A stretch of 64,000 bases of DNA from Syntrophorhabdaceae bacterium (lineage in GTDB: Bacteria > Desulfobacterota > Syntrophorhabdia > Syntrophorhabdales > Syntrophorhabdaceae). Made by a program: the position numbers and the translations under genes. Under the pieces are notes generated by a model. The model did no database searches and had not been told where the DNA came from. It saw nothing but the letters and a program-made list of their open reading frames with translations. The stretch is taken from NCBI GenBank assembly GCA_963665295.1, contig OY762209.1, positions 4,160,001-4,224,000 of the forward strand, given 5' to 3'. This document shows positions 21,265 to 30,861 of this stretch, one piece after another; position 1 is the stretch's first letter; the number at the start of each line of letters is the position of its first letter.

Positions 21265-23373
21265 CTAATGCCCGGGGCCGTCCTCGGGAATAAAGTCGAG
21301 ATCGGCTATCCATGGCGCCGCTTCACCGTCACTCGGCGCCCGGTAATCACCTCTCGGAGAAAGTGATCCCCCTGACCCCACCTTGGGTGCATTCGCGATA
21401 CAGCTTCGTTTGTACTGGCTGTATTTAAAGAACCGCTCGACGAATACCTTGAGCCAACCCTTGATCTCCCCGATTGTGTACTGATGCCGGTCCGGCTCAG
21501 GGACATCCGGCCAGACTCCCCGCGTGCGATCATGCCATGCAGACCACGCGAGGAACGCCACTTTGGAAGGCAAAAAACCGAAGCGAAGCACGTAGTACAA
21601 ATTGAAATCCTGGAGTTCATAGGGCCCGACGACATGTTCCGAATGTTGGCCGGGCTCGTCATCCGTCGCCCCCGGTACCAGTTCCGGGCTGATGGCGGTG
21701 CAGAGCACATCTTCGAGCACGCGGCTCACCTCCGGTCCGTGCTCCCCTTTCCCCGCAACCCACCGGATCAGATATTGCACAAGGGTCTTGGGAACGCTTG
21801 CGTTCACGTGGTAATGGGCCATATGGTCGCCCACACCGTAAGTGGACCACCCGAGGGCCAGTTCGCTCAAGTCGCTCGTACCCACAACTATACCCTGCTT
21901 CCAGTTGGCCATGCGGAAAAGGTGGCTTGTCCGTTCGCCTGCCTGGACGTTCTCAAAGGTAATATCGTACAGCGGCTCCCCTCGGTTGAAAGGGTGACCT
22001 ATGTCCTCGAACATCTGCATGCAACTCGGCCGGATATCGATCTCACGGGTGGTACACCCCACCGCTGCGGTCAAACGTCTCGCCTGGTCGAGGGTACGGG
22101 CGCTCGTCGCAAATCCCGGCATGATACACGCAAGGATATTGGACCTGGGAAGACCCATCACATCCACGGCGCGGGAGCAGACAATGAGGGCGTGCGTTGA
22201 ATCCAGCCCACCGGAAACCCCTATCACCACGTTCTTTATCCCCGTTGACCGAAGCCGTTTCACCAGCCCCTGCACCTGTATCTCATAGACATCCCGGCAC
22301 CTTTCGTCCTGCCTCGCCGGATCACCGGGAACAAAGGGAAAGCGCTCATAGGTGCGGTCAAGGGGGAGTGCGCCTTCCTCCGGAATATCAATGTCCAGAT
22401 TGACCGTATGGAACCTCTCCAACTCCATGGAGTGGTTCTCGCCGTTCTGGCTGAAGCTGTTCTGGTACATACGGTCCTGGCTTAACCGGTCAAGGTCTAC
22501 ATCGCCTGTGACCAGTTGTGGACCGTAAACAAACCGCTCTGATTCGGCAATGAGGGTTCCGTTCTCGCAGATTATACCCTGACCGTCCCACGCAAGATCC
22601 GTCGTCGATTCACCGAAGCCGGCAGCAGTATACAGGTATGCCGCGACGCAGCGCGCCGACTGGTTCGAGACGAGCTGCCGCCGGTAGTCGTCCTTGGTGA
22701 CCGTCACGTTGGACGCGGAGGGGTTGACAAGTATGGTGGCTCCCGCAAGGGCCGCGTAAGACGAAGGAGGAATCGGCACCCAGAGGTCTTCGCAGATCTC
22801 GACAAAAAACGTAAGGAGGGGCTGATTGTTGACCCTGAACAGGAGCGTGTTGCTGAAGGGGACATCCTGTTGCCCCAGAAGGTCGACTCTGTCCCGCAGG
22901 GCCCGGTCGCCGGGCGCAAACTGACGCAGTTCATAATACTCCCGGTAATTGGGCAGGTAAGTCTTGGGGATTATGCCATGGATGGTCCCCCGGGAGACAA
23001 CGGCTGCGCAGTTGAAAAGCATGCCGTCAACTTGAAGCGGCAAACCCACCACGGCGATCACGGGGAGGTCGCGGGAGGCGGCGACTACCTCCGAGAGCGC
23101 ATCGAGACATCCGCGAAGCAAGGCCTGTTGATGAAAAAGGTCCTCGCACGTATACGCGGAAAGTCCCAGTTCCGGAAATACCACCAGCAGCGCCTTCTTC
23201 TCCGCCCCTTGCCGCATCAACGATATAGTCTGTCCTCCATTGAAGGACGGGTCCGCCACCCTGACCTCCGGTATGGCCATGGCGAGACGGACAAAGTTGT
23301 GCCGGTAAAGGTTAAAAAACCGGCGGTCGCGGTCTATTCTTTCAGAGTTCTTGTCCAAAACCTTGTTCCTCAT
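21265..23373 (-). CDS. nadE: Glutamine-dependent NAD+ synthetase
   Basis: Nitrilase-like glutaminase domain (FPEL, PKTYLPNYREYYE, EICEDLW) plus synthetase domain (GVSGGLDST, ENVQAGERT, QYKRS). Confidence 0.97.
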   Translation of the reverse strand: MRNKVLDKNSERIDRDRRFFNLYRHNFVRLAMAIPEVRVADPSFNGGQTISLMRQGAEKKALLVVFPELGLSAYTCEDLFHQQALLRGCLDALSEVVAASRDLPVIAVVGLPLQVDGMLFNCAAVVSRGTIHGIIPKTYLPNYREYYELRQFAPGDRALRDRVDLLGQQDVPFSNTLLFRVNNQPLLTFFVEICEDLWVPIPPSSYAALAGATILVNPSASNVTVTKDDYRRQLVSNQSARCVAAYLYTAAGFGESTTDLAWDGQGIICENGTLIAESERFVYGPQLVTGDVDLDRLSQDRMYQNSFSQNGENHSMELERFHTVNLDIDIPEEGALPLDRTYERFPFVPGDPARQDERCRDVYEIQVQGLVKRLRSTGIKNVVIGVSGGLDSTHALIVCSRAVDVMGLPRSNILACIMPGFATSARTLDQARRLTAAVGCTTREIDIRPSCMQMFEDIGHPFNRGEPLYDITFENVQAGERTSHLFRMANWKQGIVVGTSDLSELALGWSTYGVGDHMAHYHVNASVPKTLVQYLIRWVAGKGEHGPEVSRVLEDVLCTAISPELVPGATDDEPGQHSEHVVGPYELQDFNLYYVLRFGFLPSKVAFLAWSAWHDRTRGVWPDVPEPDRHQYTIGEIKGWLKVFVERFFKYSQYKRSCIANAPKVGSGGSLSPRGDYRAPSDGEAAPWIADLDFIPEDGPGH

Positions 23374-23389
23374 CCGCGGATGCGGTGGG

Positions 23390-25048
23390 TCACTTGAAAA
23401 CCGCCCCGGTGGAAGCGCTCGTCACAAGTTCGGCGTAGCGCGCCATATAACCTGTCTTTATCTTCGGCTCGGGTTTCTTCCACGCCTTCTTCCGACGATC
23501 CATTTCTTTCTTCGCCACGCGAAGGTCTATGCTTTTCTCGATAAGATCTATCTCGATCACGTCCCCATCATTCACAAAAGCTATGGGGCCTCCCTCTGCC
23601 GCTTCCGGCGAGACGTGGCCTATGCAAAGCCCGCGAGTCCCGCCTGAAAACCTTCCGTCCGTAATTAACGCACATTCCGCATCAAGTCCTCTCCCTGCAA
23701 GCACACTCGTGGGAGTAAGCATTTCTCTCATGCCCGGCCCGCCCTTAGGGCCTTCATACCTTATGATCAGCACATCGCCGGGATTGATCTTTCCCTCCAT
23801 GATGGCGGCTCCCGCTTCTTCCTCGCTTTCAAACACCCTGGCATTCCCCACGAAGTGCCACACGCTTTCCTGTACTCCGATCCGTTTCACAATCGCGCCG
23901 TCAGGGGCAAGACTCCCGCTCAACACCGCAAGTCCGCCTTTTTCGTGATACGCCTTATTGAGAGGACGAATGACCTCAGGGTCTTCCACTACAGCCTCCT
24001 TGAGGAGATCGCCCACATTCTTGCCTGCCACGGTCATGCATTTCTTGTCGATAAGCTTCTTTTTCGAAAGCTCTTTCATAATACCATACACACCGCCGGC
24101 CTCGAACAGATCCTCGAGGTGGTGGGGACCCGCGGGGCTCATGTTGCACAGGTGCGGCACCTTCTCTGAGATCCCGTCAAAAACCGACAGGGGCAGGCTC
24201 AGTCCCGCCTCGTGGGCCACCGCGGGGAGATGAAGGGCCGTATTGGATGAACCGCCGAATGCCATGTCCACTGTTATGGCGTTCGTGAAAGCACTCATGG
24301 TGACAATATCTCTCGGTTTCAAATCCTCTTTTATGAGACCGACGATTCTTTTTCCCGTGGCTTTCGCAAGCCTTATCCTGTCCGCATGGACCGCGGGTAT
24401 GGTCCCGTTGCCGGGCAGGGCAAACCCGAGGGCTTCGGAGAGACAGTTCATGGAGTTTGCGGTAAACATACCCGCACACGAACCGGGCCCGGGACAGGCG
24501 CATTGCTCGAGCACGGCGAGGGCTTCCTCGGTCATAAGGCCTCCCGCCACTTTTCCCACGCCCTCAAAAACCGAAATGAGATCCACGGGTTTACCTTTGA
24601 ACCTGCCCGCGAGCATAGGTCCTCCGCTCACCATAATAGCAGGGATATTGAGCCGCATGGCGGCCATCATCATCCCGGGGATAATCTTGTCGCAGTTCGG
24701 TATAAGAACGAGGCCGTCAAAAGGGTATGCCTTCGCCATAACCTCCACGGAATCACAGATGAGTTCTCTTGAACCGAGAGAGTATTTCATACCCTGGTGG
24801 TTCATGGCAATGCCGTCACAGATCCCTATGGTGGAAAACTCCATGGGAGTCCCGCCTGCCATCCTGATGCCATCCTTTACCGCCTGACATATACGGTCGA
24901 GGTGAATGTGCCCCGGTATAAGCTCGTTTGCTGAGTTTGCAATTCCTATTATCGGCCTTTCCAACTCCTCGGGCAGGCAACCCATAGCACTGAAAAGAGC
25001 CCTGTGCGGGGCTTTTTCAAGACCTTTTTTCATTTTGTCCGATCTCAT
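23390..25048 (-). CDS. ilvD: Dihydroxy-acid dehydratase
   Basis: [66 protein letters not shown]. Confidence 0.97.
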   Translation of the reverse strand: MRSDKMKKGLEKAPHRALFSAMGCLPEELERPIIGIANSANELIPGHIHLDRICQAVKDGIRMAGGTPMEFSTIGICDGIAMNHQGMKYSLGSRELICDSVEVMAKAYPFDGLVLIPNCDKIIPGMMMAAMRLNIPAIMVSGGPMLAGRFKGKPVDLISVFEGVGKVAGGLMTEEALAVLEQCACPGPGSCAGMFTANSMNCLSEALGFALPGNGTIPAVHADRIRLAKATGKRIVGLIKEDLKPRDIVTMSAFTNAITVDMAFGGSSNTALHLPAVAHEAGLSLPLSVFDGISEKVPHLCNMSPAGPHHLEDLFEAGGVYGIMKELSKKKLIDKKCMTVAGKNVGDLLKEAVVEDPEVIRPLNKAYHEKGGLAVLSGSLAPDGAIVKRIGVQESVWHFVGNARVFESEEEAGAAIMEGKINPGDVLIIRYEGPKGGPGMREMLTPTSVLAGRGLDAECALITDGRFSGGTRGLCIGHVSPEAAEGGPIAFVNDGDVIEIDLIEKSIDLRVAKKEMDRRKKAWKKPEPKIKTGYMARYAELVTSASTGAVFK

Positions 25049-25275
25049 TTTTGTCTCCTCCTGGTGTTCATGGACCACCTTTCCTCCCATGGCCGGCATG
25101 ATTCGAAAAAAACTGTCATTAAGGTAGAAGATTATTATAGAAGTCCCCATATTTCAACAAAATATTGTTGCCCCGTTGATTTCCAGGCGGTTTTATTCTA
25201 TTAATATACAAACCGGAGCGGCATGGACGCTTCCATGAGCGTGCCGGAAAAAGAAAAAGAGAGAGGACGTCTTCA

Positions 25276-25938
25276 GTGCGGGAATCCATCAGGCAGTTTG
25301 CAGAGATCGTATCACGAACTCTGCCCATAGAAGAACCCATCTTTGAGTTCGGCGCGCTCCAGTTGCCGGGCCTCGAAGGTGTCGCCGATTTGAGGCCTTT
25401 GTTCCCCGGCAAGGAATACGTGGGGTGCGACATGCGCGAAGGCACGGGAGTCGACCGGGTCCTCAACCTCCACAGCATCGATCAGGCGTCTGATTCAGTC
25501 GGGACGGTGATCAGCCTCGACACTCTGGAACACGTTGAATTTCCTCACAAGGCCCTTCAGGAAATCCACAGGATACTCAAACCTGACGGCATAGTGGTCA
25601 TAAGTTCGGTCCTTCATTTCCGCATTCATGCCACGCCCTACGATTACTGGCGCTTTACCCCCCACGGTTTTGCAAGCCTCCTCTCTCCGTTTGCATCCTC
25701 CTTTGTCGGATTTGCGGGATTGGAGAGATTCCCCCATACCATCGTAGGCATCGGCTTCAAAGGCCAACCCTACCCCCTTGACGACTTCAGGAAGGAATTC
25801 GAGCAGTGGAAGATTCGTTGGAGAAAACCAAAAGGAGACTCGTGGAAAGATGTGGCGAACCAGTTCGTTCCCCCTATCCTTCTGGGGCTCGACAGGAAGT
25901 TGCTGCGCCTTTTGGGAAAGGCCAAGCGTCACACATAG
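25276..25938 (+). CDS. Class I SAM-dependent methyltransferase
   Basis: FEFGA, YVGCD, DTLEHV, EIHRILKPDG, DYWRFT. Confidence 0.85.
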   Translation: MRESIRQFAEIVSRTLPIEEPIFEFGALQLPGLEGVADLRPLFPGKEYVGCDMREGTGVDRVLNLHSIDQASDSVGTVISLDTLEHVEFPHKALQEIHRILKPDGIVVISSVLHFRIHATPYDYWRFTPHGFASLLSPFASSFVGFAGLERFPHTIVGIGFKGQPYPLDDFRKEFEQWKIRWRKPKGDSWKDVANQFVPPILLGLDRKLLRLLGKAKRHT

Positions 25939-26039
25939 GCCCTAAGCCCGCTTTTTCCCTCCAAAAGCTTCACATTTTCCGGACACCGGTTCGTTCCTCC
26001 GGCACCGGTCTTCGATGGCCGACACCACACTATTGCACA

Positions 26040-26423
26040 TTACACTGTGGTCTCGAAAGTATATGTAACCGGTTCATCGTGGGGCTCTTCTCCCGCGTCA
26101 GAGGGTCCGGATGAAAAGCACCCGTAACCTTTTACGCCCGGCGCTCGCTGAGGTGGCTCCGACAGTCCTTGCGGCTGACCGGCGCTGGAAAGGTTCGCCA
26201 GGAGACTGCCCGCTTCATACACCACGGAACCCGCAGCCGTAATGGCCATGCTCGCTCCGAAGGTTGCGGGACGAAGAGAACTGTTCCCATCCGCGGGTTT
26301 GACCTTCTCTTGCCTGTCTGTCCCCGTATCCCCGGTTCCAAAGGAAGAGAGCTGAGCGTGAACCTGCGCCGACACACCGTTCACCATGCCTGCGTAATAC
26401 GAACCGACGCCTTTGATCACCAT
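26040..26423 (-). CDS. Hypothetical protein (low-complexity, S/G/A/P-rich)
   Basis: ORF 9 nt downstream of the GNAT gene on the same strand, GGAGG upstream; no recognisable motif. Confidence 0.45.
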   Translation of the reverse strand: MVIKGVGSYYAGMVNGVSAQVHAQLSSFGTGDTGTDRQEKVKPADGNSSLRPATFGASMAITAAGSVVYEAGSLLANLSSAGQPQGLSEPPQRAPGVKGYGCFSSGPSDAGEEPHDEPVTYTFETTV

Positions 26424-26432
26424 GCAGTTATC

Positions 26433-26963
26433 TTATCCTCCATCAAATTCCCTCGGATACCTGACGGTGCCCCCTGCGTCCGCAAGGGCTCCCTTCTTCA
26501 ATTCCAGAGCCATAAAGACACCCCTCGCAGCCCTGAAAGGCGGTCTGATGTTCCAGGCACCCGCAGGCTTGAACCCGAACCGCGCGTAATACTCGGGGCT
26601 GCCGAATACCATCACCGACCCATGCCCGAGTTGCCTTGCCGTATCGAGCCCTTCCCGTACGAGCTCACTTCCCACGCCTCTTTTCTGATAGCCGGGAAGG
26701 ACCGCAAGAGGAGCAAGTTCGAGGGTCTGGCAACTCACTTTTTCACCTTTTATAAGGATTGGATAAAACAGTATATGGCCGACAATACTACCTGCGTAGA
26801 CTTCCGCCACAAGGGAAAGATCGCGGCTGAAACGTTTTGTCTCTCTCAGCAGCCACACAAGCCTGCCCTCATTCGATTCCCTGAAGGCCGAATCGTGGAC
26901 CAGGGTTATACGCCAGCAATCGGTTTCGGTCTCCGGTCTTACTTTCACCCATACCCTGTTCAA
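26433..26963 (-). CDS. GNAT N-acetyltransferase (YhbS-like)
   Basis: SLVAE..IVGHILF, LAPLAVLPGYQKRGVGSEL, GSPEYYARFGF. True start may be GTG 26948. Confidence 0.9.
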   Translation of the reverse strand: MNRVWVKVRPETETDCWRITLVHDSAFRESNEGRLVWLLRETKRFSRDLSLVAEVYAGSIVGHILFYPILIKGEKVSCQTLELAPLAVLPGYQKRGVGSELVREGLDTARQLGHGSVMVFGSPEYYARFGFKPAGAWNIRPPFRAARGVFMALELKKGALADAGGTVRYPREFDGG

Positions 26964-27144
26964 GAATCGCTCCTTGCTCAGTTCTTTCTGCTCCTGACAG
27001 TGGTCCCGTGCTCAATCCTGCCCAGAAGATGCTACCACCCTGTGCCACATGTGTCAAACCTTTTGTTTCCGTTCCGCCGCACCCGGCTCCGCTCGTGGCC
27101 CGCCCTGGAGCAGGCGGATACCAGTCGCTCCAACAGATCCGCAT

Positions 27145-28566
27145 CTAACGCCCCGTCAGCCTTTCTTCCCGGCCCACAAAACGGACTTTCAGCCTCAAGA
27201 GCCAGTATGACGGACTCCGCACCGCGCGCCACGCAAGGCGGACTCGCTCAAGGCGCTCGTCTGTAAGGCCCCTTTCCCCGTAAACCTCCCCATTGTACGC
27301 ATGGACAATCAGGTTGATTTCCGGAGTCAACTGTGGAAAATAGCGGTGAAGCCGGGTCCCGAATTCCAACGGGGTCTCACTCGCCGCAGGCGAAAGGCCG
27401 CTCCGCCCGCCCCATCTGAGAAGGGCGCCGTAAACCTCCGTTGCCCGGCGCTGCCTCCGGGCAAGCCGCCTGAGCACGTTCATGAGCCGCGTAACGAACT
27501 CCCGGACCCGCCTGAGCCACGCGAAAAGCCCGCCCCCTTCTCCCGCCGTCCCCCGGTCAAGGGCGGTCCTCGAAAAGAACCAACGGACGAGAAAGAAGAC
27601 CCCAAGGCCCACAACGGCCACGGACAAGGCGACAAAAAGACCCCACAGTCCAATCCCCAGCGTCCTGTCAAGAAATTGAATCCACCAACTGTCTTTCGCC
27701 CATGTGTAGGCGTCGAAGGCTCCCGTTTTTCGCGAGATAGCCGGTTCAGCCCGCATGCTGTCGGCACGGGAAAAGATGATACGGAGAACACGCTCGATTA
27801 TAGGGAATGACGAACTGAACGCCGTTTTGATCGCACCCTGGGTCGCGCGGGCCGCAGTGCTCAGACCGGATACGAAAAGAACGGTAAGTCCCGCAATCAG
27901 GAGAAGGGCGCTGGACGCAAAGCCCAGCACAACACCTGTCGCGCGGTAGCCCGGAAGGAAACTCTTGAAACCGTCTCCCCGAACCCTCGCCATGCCCACG
28001 GCAAAAAGACTGAAAAAGAAAAACGGAAGGATCAAAAGTTGAGGAAGGGGATCGTCTATTCTCGTTCCTCCTTTGACAAGCACCGCCAGCCTGATCAGAA
28101 AAAGGCAGAAGAATGCCCCCAGACCGATGTCAAAGCGGGAACAAAAAGCATAGTACGTGACCTGACGTCTCGACAGGGTCGCACCCCCAACCCAGAAGAG
28201 AAAGGTCCACAAGACCGTCAGGATCAGTCCCAGCCATTCAAAGGGACTGTGAGCGCCATTTGCCAGTATACCGGGCCACACCATGCCAAATAGGGGATAG
28301 CCGGAGAAATGCGTTCCATGGATGCTTACCGACAGGGCACACGCGAATCCCACGGCCTCTAATCCAAAGATCGCCGCGATTCGCCAACCCCTGCCCGTAG
28401 CGAGGCGGGTAATCCACGCCCCGAGAACAAATGCCATCGCTGCCTCGAGAAGTGGAAAGGGCCTGCCGAAAATGGCGGAGAAACAGAACGTGGCCCACCC
28501 GTAAAGCCAGCACATTTCCATACAAGCGCCTGCAACAACCAACATCACGTTTCCGTGTCTCTTCAT
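27145..28566 (-). CDS. Multi-TM membrane protein with C-terminal DUF4129-like domain
   Basis: About 8 TM segments; C-terminal Y..LLRW...GL...SETPLEF...YNGEVYG. Third gene of the MoxR-DUF58 operon. Confidence 0.75.
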   Translation of the reverse strand: MKRHGNVMLVVAGACMEMCWLYGWATFCFSAIFGRPFPLLEAAMAFVLGAWITRLATGRGWRIAAIFGLEAVGFACALSVSIHGTHFSGYPLFGMVWPGILANGAHSPFEWLGLILTVLWTFLFWVGGATLSRRQVTYYAFCSRFDIGLGAFFCLFLIRLAVLVKGGTRIDDPLPQLLILPFFFFSLFAVGMARVRGDGFKSFLPGYRATGVVLGFASSALLLIAGLTVLFVSGLSTAARATQGAIKTAFSSSFPIIERVLRIIFSRADSMRAEPAISRKTGAFDAYTWAKDSWWIQFLDRTLGIGLWGLFVALSVAVVGLGVFFLVRWFFSRTALDRGTAGEGGGLFAWLRRVREFVTRLMNVLRRLARRQRRATEVYGALLRWGGRSGLSPAASETPLEFGTRLHRYFPQLTPEINLIVHAYNGEVYGERGLTDERLERVRLAWRAVRSPSYWLLRLKVRFVGREERLTGR

Positions 28567-29765
28567 GAAGCCCGGGCCATCGGTTCCTGAGTCTCATCAA
28601 GACCGTTGCAATTGAGAGAACTTCCTACTCCGGCTTTCATCAAGGCGGCAAGGTCGTTGAGCATCAGGAACTCAACAGGCATTCCCCGTTCCTTGAACCG
28701 CCTTCGCGCCAGACGGGTCGCTTCCGTTTCTTCGTATCCGAAGTAGGCGCAGCTTACGCCCCATGGAAGCGTCAGGCCCCGGCCCAGGACGTCCGCGATC
28801 CGCCCTTGCGGCGTCGCGCCCAGCCTCGCCAGCGCCTCCAGGAGAGCGGGCAATTGCCCTCCGCTCCTCGTCACACGCAGGAAAGGTGAGCCCTTCCCCG
28901 TCATTATTCCGTTTGTGAGTAAACCCACCGCCCTGCCCCTCCGGTCCAATTGCACCGCCACGGACGCAACAACCTCCAGCATGTGCTCGAAAGGTTCGTG
29001 TGCCCGCTCCCCGGTAAACTCCTCTACATCGACAACAAGGAGCACTTTCTCCTGCCCCGACGGTTCAAAGACCTTCTCCTGCAAACGATGGTGACGGGCG
29101 CTCGCCTTCCAGTGGATATGCTTTGCGGGCCGTCCCTGGTGATAATCCGTGGTGCCTAGAATATATACGGGGTCTTTCACAGGACTTTCCGAACCTGCGA
29201 TTCCGAAAAAATCACGCCTCGGGAGCGAAAAGGGGCCGATGGGCACCAGTCTCGGATACACTATCACCTGGAGGGGCCCGTCCGGCTTCCTCTCTCTCGG
29301 GAAGAAACCGAAAAGATCACTGGATGCTACACGTAGGGGACCGATCTCGTGGACCCCCCTCGACCCTGCAAGGATGTTCCACCGGAGACTGGTTTCCTGA
29401 TACCAAAGGAGACCGCTCCCTGCAGTGAGAAGTGTCTCGCCCGAGGGGACACCCTTCACGCCGTGGAGGTGAACATCGATCTCAAGCCATACGGGGAGCG
29501 CCTTCCGGTTATCCACCCGTGCTTCAAGGGTAAGTCTCTCGCCTGCAAACACCCTCGTTTTGTCGAGAAAGGACGCACAGTTTACACGGAAGAGGCTGAG
29601 AGAGGCCCACAACCGCAGGCTTCCCATAACCCCCAGGACAAGAAGGGAAAGGAGCACAAGATCGGTCTGCCGGTAGGCCAGCGCGAGAAAGAGACAGAGG
29701 CCGGCGAACAACAGGAGGGGGACGGTTGCAAAAAGGCTTGATATCCGGCGGGTCCCAAAGTCCAT
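28563..29765 (-). CDS. DUF58 domain protein
   Basis: RGVHEIGPL..SDLFG, VIVYP, DYHQGRPAKHIHWKASAR, KVFEP. Confidence 0.88.
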   Translation of the reverse strand: MDFGTRRISSLFATVPLLLFAGLCLFLALAYRQTDLVLLSLLVLGVMGSLRLWASLSLFRVNCASFLDKTRVFAGERLTLEARVDNRKALPVWLEIDVHLHGVKGVPSGETLLTAGSGLLWYQETSLRWNILAGSRGVHEIGPLRVASSDLFGFFPRERKPDGPLQVIVYPRLVPIGPFSLPRRDFFGIAGSESPVKDPVYILGTTDYHQGRPAKHIHWKASARHHRLQEKVFEPSGQEKVLLVVDVEEFTGERAHEPFEHMLEVVASVAVQLDRRGRAVGLLTNGIMTGKGSPFLRVTRSGGQLPALLEALARLGATPQGRIADVLGRGLTLPWGVSCAYFGYEETEATRLARRRFKERGMPVEFLMLNDLAALMKAGVGSSLNCNGLDETQEPMARAS

Positions 29766-29773
29766 TTAAACCT

Positions 29774-30736
29774 TCACTCAGCCGGCGCGGGAACAGGAAC
29801 CCGACTTACTATCCCCTTGACCACCTGTTCCTGGGTCTCCCCCTGCAATCGCTCTTCTTCCTTCAGGATCAGCCTGTGGGAGAGAACACTTGTCGCGAGT
29901 AACTTAACGTCGTCGGGAAGTACGTATTCCCTGCCCCGAAGGGCTGCGAGGGCCTGACTCGCCCGCATAAGGCCAAGCGAACCCCGAGGGCTTGCCCCGA
30001 GGCGCACCGATGGGTGCTCGCGGGTTTCGCGGACAAGGCTCGTAATATACTCTTTCACATGCGACGAAACCCGTATACTCTTCCGCTCCTGCTGCATTCG
30101 GGAGATAAGATCGGGCGAAGCCACGGCGGCAATCTCCCGCAAGGGTTCCCTTTCCTGGAAGCGCTCCAGAATGGCAATCTCCTCGTCCCGGTCGGGGTAT
30201 CCGAGGCTGATTCTGAGGAGGAACCTGTCAAGCTGGGCCTCAGGCAAGGGGAAAGTCCCCTCGAGTTCGATGGGGTTCTGGGTCGCCACCACGAAGAACG
30301 GGTGGGGCAGCGGGTGCGTCTTCCCATCCACAGTGACCTGCCGCTCTTCCATGCTTTCCAGAAGGCTCGCCTGGGTCCGGGGGATTGTGCGGTTAATCTC
30401 ATCTGCGAGAAGGACATGGGTCATGACCGGCCCGGGTTGAAAAGTAAACCGGCCCGTCTGAGGGCTGTAGATATTGAAACCTGTAATATCCGCGGGCAAA
30501 AGGTCGGGCGTGAATTGAACACGTTTAAAGGAAGCTCCGATACTCGCCGCAAGGGACCTCGCAAGGAGCGTCTTCCCGAGTCCGGGCACATCTTCCAGAA
30601 GGACATGGCCGTCAGCCAGAAGGCCGACTACCAGCAGTTCCACCGATTCATGTTTTCCTACTATCACACGGGAGATATTTTCTATGATATCAGCGCATAG
30701 GTTGAATTGCACCTGAGACCTCCGACAGCCCACCAT
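29774..30736 (-). CDS. MoxR family AAA+ ATPase
   Basis: GHVLLEDVPGLGKT, RVQFTPDLLPADITG, LADEINR, ATQNPIELEGTFPLPEAQLDRF, GASPR. Confidence 0.96.
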   Translation of the reverse strand: MVGCRRSQVQFNLCADIIENISRVIVGKHESVELLVVGLLADGHVLLEDVPGLGKTLLARSLAASIGASFKRVQFTPDLLPADITGFNIYSPQTGRFTFQPGPVMTHVLLADEINRTIPRTQASLLESMEERQVTVDGKTHPLPHPFFVVATQNPIELEGTFPLPEAQLDRFLLRISLGYPDRDEEIAILERFQEREPLREIAAVASPDLISRMQQERKSIRVSSHVKEYITSLVRETREHPSVRLGASPRGSLGLMRASQALAALRGREYVLPDDVKLLATSVLSHRLILKEEERLQGETQEQVVKGIVSRVPVPAPAE

Positions 30737-30861
30737 CTCTCCGAGCCCCCCTTCTTGAAAGGGATGAGAGCGTTTGCCCTATTAATAACATGCCCGCCTA
30801 CGGCCTGTAAAGCGATTCCTCCCCTCACAACGGGAAGTCGCACCTAAACCCGAAGGCAGCG

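Noticed and set aside
26169..27266. 365-aa plus-strand ORF
   Set aside because: Runs antisense across the GNAT and neighbouring genes; P/R/S-rich non-coding-like composition.
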